Below are positions 1 through 9,238 of a DNA stretch of 64,000 bases, in pieces. The notes under the pieces were generated by a model. It had not been told where the DNA came from. It saw only the letters and a list, made by a program, of their open reading frames with translations, and made no database searches. Source of the stretch: an uncultured delta proteobacterium (GTDB lineage: Bacteria; Myxococcota_A; Polyangia; Polyangiales; JAFGIB01). Position 1 is the stretch's first letter; the number at the start of each line of letters is the position of its first letter. The translations under genes were made by a program, and so were the position numbers. The stretch covers positions 288,001-352,000 of the forward strand of contig CAVZVA010000011.1 in assembly GCA_963778655.1 (NCBI GenBank), given 5' to 3'.

Positions 1-849
1 CACCTTGCCCTCGACCACGACGCAGCCGATCTCGAAGCGTTCGGCGAGCTCCGCGCACAGGTCTTCGGGATCCTTGGCCTCGATCGTGAGCACGTCGCCC
101 GAGACTTGCCGGCGCAGCGCCTCCGGGCGATCCTCGGCGATCACGCGCCCCGCGTCCACCACCGCCACCCGATCGCAGCGCTCGGCCTCCTCGGCGCGGT
201 GGGTGGTGAGCAGCACGGTCAGACCGCGCGACTCGCGCAGGCTCTCGATGCGCTCCCAGGTCTGGCGAAAGAAGCGTTCGTCGAGCCCGGTGGTCGGCTC
301 GTCCATCACCAGCAGCGCCGGCTCGTGCAGCAGCGCGCGCGCCAGCTCGAGGCGGCGCTTCATGCCGCCTGAGAAATCGTTCACCAAGTCCCCAGCACGA
401 TCGGCCAGCACGGTGAACTGCAGCAGCTCCTCGATGCGCGCATCCGCCTGCTCGGCCGTGAGCCCGTACAGCGCGGCGCTCAGGCGCAGGTTCTCGCGCG
501 CAGTCAGGCGCGGGTCGAGGCTCGGCGCCTGGAACACCACGCCCATGTGCCGGCGCAGGCGGCGGCCGCCGGGCGCGACCTGCTCGCCGTCGAGCATGAC
601 CTCGCCGGCCTGCGGTACGAGCAACCCGGTCAGCACCCGCAGGGTGGTCGACTTGCCGCTGCCATTGGGGCCGAGCAGACCGAAGATCTCGCCGCGCCGC
701 ACGCCGAACGAAAGCCCGTCCAGCACGCGACGCTCGCCGAAGCTGTGGCGCAGCCCGCGCAGCTCGACCTTCAGGCTGGGGGCCGCGCCGGCCGTGGCGC
801 GCGCGGCACCGAGCGGGACCGCCTCCGCTGCGTGCACCGGCGCGCTCAT
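1..849 (-). CDS. ABC transporter ATP-binding protein (3' end runs off the window)
   Basis: Minus-strand translation from ATG 849 gives Walker A GPNGSGKST, Q-loop VVFQ, signature FSGGMKRRL, Walker B LVMDEPT and H-loop TTH. Confidence 0.92.
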   Translation of the reverse strand, partial: MSAPVHAAEAVPLGAARATAGAAPSLKVELRGLRHSFGERRVLDGLSFGVRRGEIFGLLGPNGSGKSTTLRVLTGLLVPQAGEVMLDGEQVAPGGRRLRRHMGVVFQAPSLDPRLTARENLRLSAALYGLTAEQADARIEELLQFTVLADRAGDLVNDFSGGMKRRLELARALLHEPALLVMDEPTTGLDERFFRQTWERIESLRESRGLTVLLTTHRAEEAERCDRVAVVDAGRVIAEDRPEALRRQVSGDVLTIEAKDPEDLCAELAERFEIGCVVVEGKV

Positions 850-919
850 CCCGGGGCCCCGCTCGCGGGTCCTGGCCTCGCGCCGGCAGCCCGGCATCCC
901 GGAGTTGGGCTGGGAGGCT

Positions 920-1813
920 TCATCCCGCCGCCCGATCGAGCAGCAGCACGCACAGCAGCAGCGGCAGGTACAGCAGCGAGGTGAAAAACACGCGGCGGCC
1001 CCAGCGCTCGACCGTTTCGGCCGGACGCACCAGCGCCAGCAGCGTGGTGCCGAGGTAGGCGCCGCCGAGCAGCAGCGCGGCGAGCAAATACAGGCTGCCG
1101 CCCAGACGCAGCGGAACCAGCAGCAGGCTCTCGGCGAGCAGCAGCCCCGCCCACACCATGGCATGGAGCTGCGCCGCGCGCGGCCCCTGCACCAGCGGCA
1201 GCACGCGGATGCCCGCCTTGGCGTATTCGTGGCGGCGGTAGATCGACAGGCCGATCACGTGCGGCATCTGCCATAGAAACACGATGCCGAAGAGCGCCAG
1301 CCCGCCGAGCTCGATCCGCCCCGTGACCGCCGTCCAGCCCATCAGCGGCGGCAGCGCGCCGGGTACCGCCCCGACCACCATCGCGTGCGGGCTCTTGAAC
1401 TTGAGCGGCGTGTACACCCAGACGTAGCTGCCGAGCGCGAGCGCCCCGAGCAGCCCGGTGGCGGGATTACCCGCGAGCGTGAGCAGTGGCAGCGCGATCA
1501 CTGCGAGCACGGCCGCGAAGGCGACGCCGAGCTGGGGCTCCAGCCGGCGCGCCGGCAGCGGGCGCTGGCAGGTGCGTTGCATGAAGGCGTCGGTGTCGCG
1601 CTCCAGCCAGCAGTTGAGCGCATTGGCGGCGCCGACCAGCAGCGCGGTGGTCGCCAGCATCGCGAGCGCCCTGGGCAGCGCGATCGACCCGGGCGCGATG
1701 CCCATGCCGACCGCCGCGGTGGCCAGGACCAAGCCGGCGACGCGCGGCTTGGTGAGGGCGACCAGGTCGAGCAACAGCGGCCGGAGCCGCGGTGTGGCTG
1801 CTGCGGTGTTCAT
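920..1813 (-). CDS. cyoE: Protoheme IX farnesyltransferase (heme o synthase)
   Basis: LTKPRV, ANALNCWLERDTDAFMQRTCQRPLP, YTPLK, VGAVPGALPPLMGW and WQMPH motifs; multi-TM UbiA family. Confidence 0.95.
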   Translation of the reverse strand: MNTAAATPRLRPLLLDLVALTKPRVAGLVLATAAVGMGIAPGSIALPRALAMLATTALLVGAANALNCWLERDTDAFMQRTCQRPLPARRLEPQLGVAFAAVLAVIALPLLTLAGNPATGLLGALALGSYVWVYTPLKFKSPHAMVVGAVPGALPPLMGWTAVTGRIELGGLALFGIVFLWQMPHVIGLSIYRRHEYAKAGIRVLPLVQGPRAAQLHAMVWAGLLLAESLLLVPLRLGGSLYLLAALLLGGAYLGTTLLALVRPAETVERWGRRVFFTSLLYLPLLLCVLLLDRAAG

Positions 1814-1996
1814 GGCTTGACGGGGCAGCGGCCTGGAACCTGGGGCCGCGCCTGGGAGCCCTAGGGCCGCCTCAGCGCGCGCCGCAAGTCGGGACGGCGA
1901 GCGCTTCGTCTCGGGGGCGCATCTACCCGCAAATCGCCGCCGAGGTCAAGCCGAACGAAGGCCTTGACTGAACACAAAGCCAGCGCCCGGCAGCAT

Positions 1997-3097
1997 TCAG
2001 CCGGAGAGCAGTCGGCCGAGCCAGACCCCGAGCAGCAGCAGCAGCAGGGCGACGCCGGCGCCGATGGCGATCAGCGGTCCCCGGCTGACCGGTACCTCGG
2101 GCGGATCGGCCTCGGTGGCGATGGCCCGCGAGGCAATCGGCTGCGCGGCTGCGGCCGAAGGCCGGCGGCTGCGCGCCGGCGCCGGGTCCGACGGCAGCGC
2201 GCGTCGCGCGGCGGTGCTGGCCAGCGGATTGGTCAGGCAGCGGCGCAGCGCCTGGGCCAGCTCGATCGCGGTCTCGAAGCGATCCTCGGGGCGTTTGGCC
2301 ATGGCCTTCTGCAACGCGGCCTCCAGGTCGCGCGAAAAGCGCTTGCCCGGAACGCGCCGGTTGAGCGGGATCGGCGCCTCGTGCACGTGGGCGCGCATGA
2401 TGTCGACCGGCTTGACTGCGTCGAAGGGCAGCTTGCCGGTCAGCAGCTCGTACAGGATCAGGCCGAGCGAGTAGATGTCGCTGCGGCGGTCGAGCGTCTC
2501 GCCCTGGGTCTGTTCGGGGCTCATGAACTCGGGCGTCCCGAACACCATGCCCTGCTGCGTGAGCATCATCGAGCCGCGTCCCATCTGCTTCTCGCTGACC
2601 TTGGCCAGCCCGAAGTCGAGCACCTTGGGGAAGTCCGCGGTGCCGGCCTGGTTGGTGAGGAAGATGTTCTCCGGCTTGAGATCGCGATGGATGATGCCGG
2701 CACGGTGCGCCTCGTCGAGCGCGCCGCAGACCTGGATCATGATGTTGATCGCACGATCGGGGTCCATCGCGCCTTCGGCCCGGACCACATGGGCCAGGTT
2801 CTTGCCCTCCATGTAATCCATGACGAAGTAGGCCGCGCCATCTGTGAGCTGGCCGAACTTGTACACGCGCGCGGTATTGGGGTGAGAGAGCTGGCTCATC
2901 GCACGCGCCTCGCGGCGGAAGCGCGAGACCAGGTCCTCGCGGCTGGCGTAGCGAGGGTGCAGCACCTTGATCGCCACCAGCCGGTTCATGCTGGGCTGCT
3001 CCGCCTTGTAGACGGAGCCCATCCCACCGACGCCGATGCGCTCGATGATGCGGTATTCGCCGTTGTCGACCGCGGCGCCGATCAGGGGGTCGCTCAC
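1997..3097 (-). CDS. Hanks-type Ser/Thr protein kinase with C-terminal TM helix
   Basis: IGVGGMGSVY, VAIK, HRDLKPEN, DFG and GTPEFMSPE; hydrophobic C-terminus. GTG start at 3097 is inferred. Confidence 0.93.
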   Translation of the reverse strand: MSDPLIGAAVDNGEYRIIERIGVGGMGSVYKAEQPSMNRLVAIKVLHPRYASREDLVSRFRREARAMSQLSHPNTARVYKFGQLTDGAAYFVMDYMEGKNLAHVVRAEGAMDPDRAINIMIQVCGALDEAHRAGIIHRDLKPENIFLTNQAGTADFPKVLDFGLAKVSEKQMGRGSMMLTQQGMVFGTPEFMSPEQTQGETLDRRSDIYSLGLILYELLTGKLPFDAVKPVDIMRAHVHEAPIPLNRRVPGKRFSRDLEAALQKAMAKRPEDRFETAIELAQALRRCLTNPLASTAARRALPSDPAPARSRRPSAAAAQPIASRAIATEADPPEVPVSRGPLIAIGAGVALLLLLLGVWLGRLLSG

Positions 3098-3207
3098 GGC
3101 CGGAGATGGTACCAGAAGGCGGAGGATTGTAGCGAGCCGAGCCTGCTCGAGCCGGGCCGAAGCGGAAGGGTCGCGTGGCCCTCCGCGTCGGTGTAGCGTC
3201 GGCCGCG

Positions 3208-4347
3208 ATGGCGGCACGGCCCTACCCGTACGCGAGCTGGCCGCGGGTCGACGGCGCGGACGCGCGGCTGCTGCGCGCGTTGCTGCGCGGCGTGCCCGCG
3301 GCTGGCGCGCTGCAGCGGGCGCAGGCCGAGGCCGAGACGCTCCTGGGCGTGGCGCTGCGGCTGGGCGCAGGCGGCGCCGAGCTGATCGACGCGGCCGAGC
3401 TCGCGCCGGCAGCGCCGTGGCTCGCGCTGTGGCTCGAGCACGCGGAGGGCGCGCGCCCGTTGTCGTGGCTGTGCGAGCTGCCACCCGAGCTGGGGGCTGT
3501 GCTGGTGGACCGCGTGCTCGGCGGCGACGGCGGCGTCGCGCACCCGCTCGGCCAGGGGCTCGACGAGCTTTCGGGCGGCGTGCTCGCGTACCTGGCGGCG
3601 CGGCTGCTGGCGGCCGCCGACGCGGGCCTGCGCGTGCGCGCGGTGCTGGACGAACCGGCGCGCGCGGCCGAGCTGCTCGGCGGCGGGCGCGTGCTGTCGT
3701 GGTCCTTCGAGCTCTCGCTGGGCGCAACACGTGCCGGCCGCCTGCGTCTGCTCGCGCCCGAAGCGAGCGCGCGGGCGCTGGCCGACCGGCTGCCTGCACC
3801 GGCCACCGGACGCGTGCCGGCGCAGCTGCGCGGCGTGCCGGTCGCGCTGTGCGCATGCTTCGCGCACACCCAACTGCGACGCGGTGAGCTCGCGGCGCTG
3901 CGCCCGGGCGACGTGGTGCTGCCGGAGCGCTGCCGCCTCGAGCGCGGCGCTGACGGGTTTGTGGGCGAGGCCATGCTGCACGTGGCAGGCGCCGCTCGCG
4001 GCGCGCGCTTTCGCTGCCGCGCGCGGGGCGCCCAGCTGGTGCTCGAAACGCTCGGCCAGGACGGGGAGGCTCAGATGACGGAAGGCAAACGGATCCAAAC
4101 CCAGGAAATGGAGAGCAGCGGGGAGGCGCTCGCCGCGGACGCGCCGGTCGAGCTGTGCTTGGCGCTGGCGCGCTTCACCCTACAGCTGGGCGAGCTGTCG
4201 CAGCTGCGCCCGGGCGAAGTGCTGAGCACCGGCCGCGCGATCGGCGAACAAGCCTTGCTTTGCGCCGGCGCGCGCGTGCTCGCCCGCGGCGAGCTGGTCG
4301 ACGTCGATGGCGAGATCGGCCTGCGCATCACCACGCTGGAACGCTGA
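3208..4347 (+). CDS. SctQ/YscQ-like (FliM/FliN family) C-ring protein with two SpoA domains
   Basis: Two SpoA-like segments: VPVALCACFAHTQLRRGELAALRPGDVV and PVELCLALARFTLQLGELSQLRPGEVL...ARGELVDVDGEIGLRI. Also LVDRVLGG. Confidence 0.8.
   Translation: MAARPYPYASWPRVDGADARLLRALLRGVPAAGALQRAQAEAETLLGVALRLGAGGAELIDAAELAPAAPWLALWLEHAEGARPLSWLCELPPELGAVLVDRVLGGDGGVAHPLGQGLDELSGGVLAYLAARLLAAADAGLRVRAVLDEPARAAELLGGGRVLSWSFELSLGATRAGRLRLLAPEASARALADRLPAPATGRVPAQLRGVPVALCACFAHTQLRRGELAALRPGDVVLPERCRLERGADGFVGEAMLHVAGAARGARFRCRARGAQLVLETLGQDGEAQMTEGKRIQTQEMESSGEALAADAPVELCLALARFTLQLGELSQLRPGEVLSTGRAIGEQALLCAGARVLARGELVDVDGEIGLRITTLER
4065..4077 (+). promoter_or_regulatory. Internal Shine-Dalgarno plus in-frame ATG for a short C-terminal SctQ product
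   Basis: GGAGG at 4065-4069 lies 5 nt before in-frame ATG 4075 (MTEGKRIQ...), just ahead of the last SpoA domain. Confidence 0.7.
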
Positions 4348-4839
4348 GACCAGCTCATCAGCCCGCCGCGCGGTCGCGATCGCCCGCGCAGTCACCTAAC
4401 ACTGCTGTTCCCAATCTCTACGAGGCTCGATGGATTGCTACACGATTTCGGTCGCCTACAAACAGTATGTAAGGCTCCTGGTGCCTCCATCGTGACCCGG
4501 AATCCGTTGGACGAAATCCTCGACAAATCCAGGCGATTCTCGACGCAGACATGGACCGATCTGCATCCGATTGATTCCCCGAATTGGGCCCCGCATCTCC
4601 ACCTCAACCCATTCGGTGACGAGGCACATAGCCTCTACGTGAGCTTCCATACAACCAACCTAGCTAGGGTGACATCGGTCGACCCCTCCAACGAGGTCCT
4701 CGGCTATCGGCTCCTCATCGAGGTCATCTGGCGCCCGTGAGTCCGGGGCCTAGATGTAAGGGACGGGAAGAACAAGGGACCCTGACACACGGCCGTCGAG
4801 CTATCCGGTGGCGTAGCCGCCAAGCGAGACGATGGCGAC

Positions 4840-6960
4840 ATGCCCATATCGCAGAAGATACTTCTCATCCAGAACGATCCGTTGGACGCCCAAGTCGTGC
4901 GGGACGCGCTGACTCGCCACGGCGATGGGCCCTTCGAGGTCGACTGGGTCAGGACTTGCTCCGAAGGCCTCGCGCGGTTGGCGGCCCGAAGCAGCGCCCC
5001 AACGCCTTCCCCGGCGGCCGTGTTGCTCGATCTCTTCTTGCCCGATAGTGAAGGAATCGAAACCTTCGATCGGATCTTTGCAGCGGCGCCCCAGATTCCA
5101 ATGCTGATTCTGAGCGATTCCCGAGGCGAAGAGATCGCCAAGGCCGCGGTGCATCGCGGGGCGCAAGACTATCTCATGAAGGGACGCCTGGATAGTTACC
5201 TACTGCCAAAGGCGCTGACCAGTATGGTCGACCGCGCAGCGTATGCGGAAGCCCTCTTCGAGGAACAAGAGCGCGCGCAAGTGACTCTGAACTCGATCGG
5301 CGATGCCGTCATCACGACAAACGTAAGGGGAGAAGTGACCTATCTCAATGCCGTCGCCGAGCACATGACCGGCTGGTCGCGATGGGAGGCAGACGGTCAT
5401 CCGATCGAGGAAGTGTTTCGAATCGTCGATGCGGCATCCCGCAAGAGCGCAGAAAACCCAATGCCTGTGTCGATTCGACACGACAAGGCGATGACCCTTA
5501 CCCCAAACTGTATCCTGATCCGACGCGATGGCGCCGAAGCGCCCATTGAAGATTCCGTTGCGCCCATACACGACCGCCGAGGACAGGTGATAGGCGCTGT
5601 CATGGTATTCCGCGACGTGAGCTTGACGCGCGAGCTCACATTGCGAATGTCATATCTGGCACAGCATGACGGTCTTACTGACTTGCCAAACAGAATATTG
5701 TTGAACGATAGGCTGATGCAGGCCATGGCGCTTGCCCATCGCAACCATCATAAAGTGTCGATTCTGTTCCTGGACCTCGATCGCTTCAAGCAGGTCAATG
5801 ACTCGTTTGGCCATGCGCTTGGCGACCGCCTGCTGCAGTCTGTGGCGCAGCGATTGCGCTCTTGCGTGCGCGGATCGGACACCATCAGCCGGCGAGGGGG
5901 AGATGAATTTGCGATCCTCCTCGCAGAGGTAATTCATGCAGCGCACGCGGCTGTCACTGCAGAGAAGATACTTCAGGCGTTGCGCGTGCCGCACCGAATC
6001 GACGACCATGATTTGCAAGTCACAGGGAGCATCGGCATCGCGACCTATCCCGATGACGGAATGGACGCGGACACGTTGATGAAGAGCGCGGACTTTGCGA
6101 TGTACCAGGCAAAGGACGCTGGACGCGACAGCTGTCAGTTCTTCATGCCGGAAATGAACACGCGGGCACTGGAGCGCCGGTCCCTCGAGACCGGCTTGCG
6201 CGCGGCTGTCCAACAGCAGGAGTTCTCGATAGATTATCAAACGAAGGTAGATTTGGAGACCGGGGCGATCAGCGGCATGGAGGCGCTCGTTCGCTGGCGT
6301 CACCCGCAATTTGGCCTCTTGCCCCCTTCGCGATTCGTCACGATCGCAGAAGAGAGCGGTCTCATCGTTCCGATCGGCCGTTGGGTCCTGCGCGAAGCTT
6401 GCCGGCAAGCTCGAGCATGGCAGGACGCGGGCCTGACGCCTATGTGCATGGCGGTCAACGTATCGCCGGCGGAGCTGCGCGCCAAGGACTTCGTTGCGGG
6501 AGTGCACACCATCCTCGCCGAGACTCATCTGGATCCGAGGTATCTCGAGCTCGAGTTGACGGAAACGTTCTTGATGCAGGATCCGAAAGCCACAGCATGG
6601 GGCCTTCATGCCCTCAAAGACATGGGCGTTCGGCTTGCGCTCGATGACTTTGGCACGGGCTACTCGAGCTTGAGCTATCTGAGGCGCTTTCCGATCGATA
6701 CGCTGAAGATCGATCAGTCGTTCGTGCGCGATCTCGACACGGATACCGATGATGCCAGTATCGTCCGTGCCGTGATCGGGCTGGGCGAGAGCCTGCACAT
6801 GAATGTGGTCGCAGAAGGAGTCGAAACGGGAGAGCAGCTGGCCTTCCTGCGCGAACACAGTTGTCCCGTGGGACAAGGCTTCTATTTCGGCCGTCCGGTA
6901 TGTGCTGGAGAGCTCGCTCAATTGCTTGCGTGCAATATGGCGGGGCCCTTCGAGGCATAG
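4840..6960 (+). CDS. REC-PAS-GGDEF-EAL diguanylate cyclase/phosphodiesterase
   Basis: Receiver (VLLDLFLPD, DYLMK), PAS (TLNSIGDAVI...VFRDVS), HDGLTDLPNR, GGDEF, EALVRW, DDFGTGYSS and AEGVET. Confidence 0.95.
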   Translation: MPISQKILLIQNDPLDAQVVRDALTRHGDGPFEVDWVRTCSEGLARLAARSSAPTPSPAAVLLDLFLPDSEGIETFDRIFAAAPQIPMLILSDSRGEEIAKAAVHRGAQDYLMKGRLDSYLLPKALTSMVDRAAYAEALFEEQERAQVTLNSIGDAVITTNVRGEVTYLNAVAEHMTGWSRWEADGHPIEEVFRIVDAASRKSAENPMPVSIRHDKAMTLTPNCILIRRDGAEAPIEDSVAPIHDRRGQVIGAVMVFRDVSLTRELTLRMSYLAQHDGLTDLPNRILLNDRLMQAMALAHRNHHKVSILFLDLDRFKQVNDSFGHALGDRLLQSVAQRLRSCVRGSDTISRRGGDEFAILLAEVIHAAHAAVTAEKILQALRVPHRIDDHDLQVTGSIGIATYPDDGMDADTLMKSADFAMYQAKDAGRDSCQFFMPEMNTRALERRSLETGLRAAVQQQEFSIDYQTKVDLETGAISGMEALVRWRHPQFGLLPPSRFVTIAEESGLIVPIGRWVLREACRQARAWQDAGLTPMCMAVNVSPAELRAKDFVAGVHTILAETHLDPRYLELELTETFLMQDPKATAWGLHALKDMGVRLALDDFGTGYSSLSYLRRFPIDTLKIDQSFVRDLDTDTDDASIVRAVIGLGESLHMNVVAEGVETGEQLAFLREHSCPVGQGFYFGRPVCAGELAQLLACNMAGPFEA

Positions 6961-7003
6961 GCACGGCCGCGACGCTTTGCTCGGACCCTCGTCCAGCCGT
7001 GGG

Positions 7004-8926
7004 CTACCGCACCCGGGCGTTCACGATCGACCGTAGCAGCGCCAGGTCGAAAGGCTTCTCCATCCATTCGTTGGTCGCTTGGTCGAGGAACTCGCGGGCG
7101 TGCTGCGTGAAGGCACCCCCGGTCAGAAAAACGATCCGCGAAGCTTGCTCGGCTTCGCTGGCTCGCAGGCGCTCGTAGAAGTCCATCCCGGTCATTTGCG
7201 GCATCATCAGGTCGGAGAAGATCACGTCGAAACGGCTCCCCGCCGTGATCAGGGCAAGCGCATCCGCAGCGGTGTGGGTTACGGAAACGTCGTGGTCGGC
7301 CGCGAGCGTGCGCCGGATCGTGGCGCCAATCATCGGCTCGTCATCGACCACCAGAACGCGCCCGCGCCGGATTGCCTTTCGGACCGCCAGGGAGGGCGCG
7401 GGCGTTGCACCGGGCTGGAGGCGGCTAGCAGGTAGCAAGACCCGGAACGTCGACCCGTGGCCAACTCGACTCTCGACGTGGATCTCGCCACCCAGGGCGG
7501 TCACAATGCGCTTGCAGATCGCCAGCCCGAGCCCGGTTCCGACGCCCGTCGGCTTGGTCGTGAAGAAGGGCGTGAAGAGCCGGCCTAGTACTTCGGCCGA
7601 CATTCCCGGTCCCGTGTCGTGGATTTCCACCTGTACCCGTCCCACGGGATCGATTCCGGTGACTATGCGGATCTCGTTCCTGTCTGCGCTGCCCTCGCCG
7701 ATCGCCTGTGCTGCGTTGACGATGAGGTTGAGAAACACCTGGCCGAGCTTGGACTCGTTGGCGTCCACCGCGGGCGTGTTCCCATACTCTCTGACGAGGC
7801 TCGCGCGGTGTCGGATCTCGTTCCACGCCATGCGGAGCGACGATTCTAGAGCGCGGTGCACATCGACCGGCTCGCGTTTCTCCCCTTCAGCTCGCGAGAA
7901 GATCTTGAGGTCCCGCACGATCTGGCGCACCCGATCTGCCGCCTCCCGAGCGTCTCGCAGCTCGTCTTGGAGCTCGCTGACTTTGCCCTGGCTCACCGCC
8001 TGCGCAAGGAGCTCGGCCTCGCCCATCGCCAGGTCGAGATTGCCAACCAGGGCAGCGAGCGGGTTGTTGATCTCGTGCGCAACGCCCGCCGCGAGCGTAC
8101 CAACCGATGCCATCCGATCGGAGATCATGAGCTGGGCCTCCGTGCGCCTCTGTTCGGTCACGTCGCGCGCGATGACCACGGCGCCGACGATGATCCCGCC
8201 GCGCCGGATCGGTCCCATGTGGCTCGCGAAGGACATCACCTGCCCATCGGGCGCAAGGGTGCTGAACTCGTACGTTGCGAGCTGTCCGGACTCGAGCACC
8301 AGGCGGAGGGCGGACTGCGCGAGCTCGCGCTGGTACGGTTGCACGTACGCGAGCCACCAGCTGCCGACGAGGGTCACGCCTTCGTACTGCGGCGGGGCCC
8401 GATTGATGTACTGGATCGTACCGCTCGCATCGAGGGTCACGACGAAGTCTGGAATGTTCGCGAGCAACGCTTCGAGCTGGGACCGAGCCTCTTCGCCCTC
8501 GCGGTGCGCCGCACGGATCCTCTGCGCCTCCTGTCGGCCGGTCACGTCCCGGATCGCCGCGATGATGATCGCGCCATCGGGCGACGACATGGGGCTCAAC
8601 GCGATTTCGACGGGAACCTCACTGCCGTCCTTGCGTCTGGCTAGTAGCTCGGAATGTCCGAGCGGCCGTGGGCGGGGCGCGCTGTTGAAGCCGCGCACGT
8701 GCTGCAGATGCCGATCGCGCAAGCGCTCCGGAACGAGCATCTCGATCGCCCTGCCCACGAGCTCCTCACGCGAATAGCCAAAGAGGGCCTCGGTCTGCTT
8801 GTTGACAAGCTGGATCAGCCCTTGCGAATTGACGATGACCATCGCGTCGGGCGCAGCCTCGAGCAGTCCGCGCGACAGCTCTTCGCTTCTGCGCTGGGCA
8901 TCCTCCGCGGCCTTCCTGTCAGTCAT
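7004..8926 (-). CDS. Hybrid sensor histidine kinase (PAS-PAS-HisKA-HATPase-REC)
   Basis: LEAAPDAMVIV and second PAS, H-box AHEINNPL, N-box NLIVNAAQA, DTGPG, FFTTK..GTGLGL, and receiver VLVVDDE/DLMMP/KPF. The start could lie further upstream. Confidence 0.93.
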   Translation of the reverse strand: MTDRKAAEDAQRRSEELSRGLLEAAPDAMVIVNSQGLIQLVNKQTEALFGYSREELVGRAIEMLVPERLRDRHLQHVRGFNSAPRPRPLGHSELLARRKDGSEVPVEIALSPMSSPDGAIIIAAIRDVTGRQEAQRIRAAHREGEEARSQLEALLANIPDFVVTLDASGTIQYINRAPPQYEGVTLVGSWWLAYVQPYQRELAQSALRLVLESGQLATYEFSTLAPDGQVMSFASHMGPIRRGGIIVGAVVIARDVTEQRRTEAQLMISDRMASVGTLAAGVAHEINNPLAALVGNLDLAMGEAELLAQAVSQGKVSELQDELRDAREAADRVRQIVRDLKIFSRAEGEKREPVDVHRALESSLRMAWNEIRHRASLVREYGNTPAVDANESKLGQVFLNLIVNAAQAIGEGSADRNEIRIVTGIDPVGRVQVEIHDTGPGMSAEVLGRLFTPFFTTKPTGVGTGLGLAICKRIVTALGGEIHVESRVGHGSTFRVLLPASRLQPGATPAPSLAVRKAIRRGRVLVVDDEPMIGATIRRTLAADHDVSVTHTAADALALITAGSRFDVIFSDLMMPQMTGMDFYERLRASEAEQASRIVFLTGGAFTQHAREFLDQATNEWMEKPFDLALLRSIVNARVR

Positions 8927-9141
8927 CGTCGCCGCACCCCCGTGCTCGGAAACGTAAACGGGCCGTCCGTGGACCCGTACGACTGCAGCCGCTGTCGTAC
9001 GGTCGCCTTGCTCCAGCTCTTCCGCTCGCCGGGGGCACCGGCGACGAGCAAGCTGTCCAGGGTCCGAACGCCTCGACGTCTCGATCCTCGCGCACTCGCG
9101 GACTCGAGGCAAGGACAGGCAAGGAAGCACCGCCGTAGCGG

Positions 9142-9216
9142 TTGCCGCGGGTGTGCGAGCTGCCGCCCGAGCTCAGCGGCACGCTGGTCGACCGGGTGCG
9201 CGTCGGCAAAGGCGGG
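9142..9216 (+). repeat. Degenerate copy of an internal segment of the sctQ-like gene (3460-3534)
   Basis: Ungapped hand alignment gives 57/75 nt identity. It translates as CELPPELSGTLVDRV versus CELPPELGAVLVDRV. Confidence 0.75.
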
Positions 9217-9238
9217 CTACCGGCGGCTGCCGCGACCC

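Noticed and set aside
1945..1968. GTCAAG-N12-CTTGAC inverted repeat upstream of cyoE
   Set aside because: The arms are short and match no regulator consensus I can name. It could be chance or a weak terminator.
4394..4740. acctaac as an attC core, and a short ORF at 4435-4740
   Set aside because: There is no matching GTTRRRY with a stem, and the ORF has no recognisable motif or RBS.
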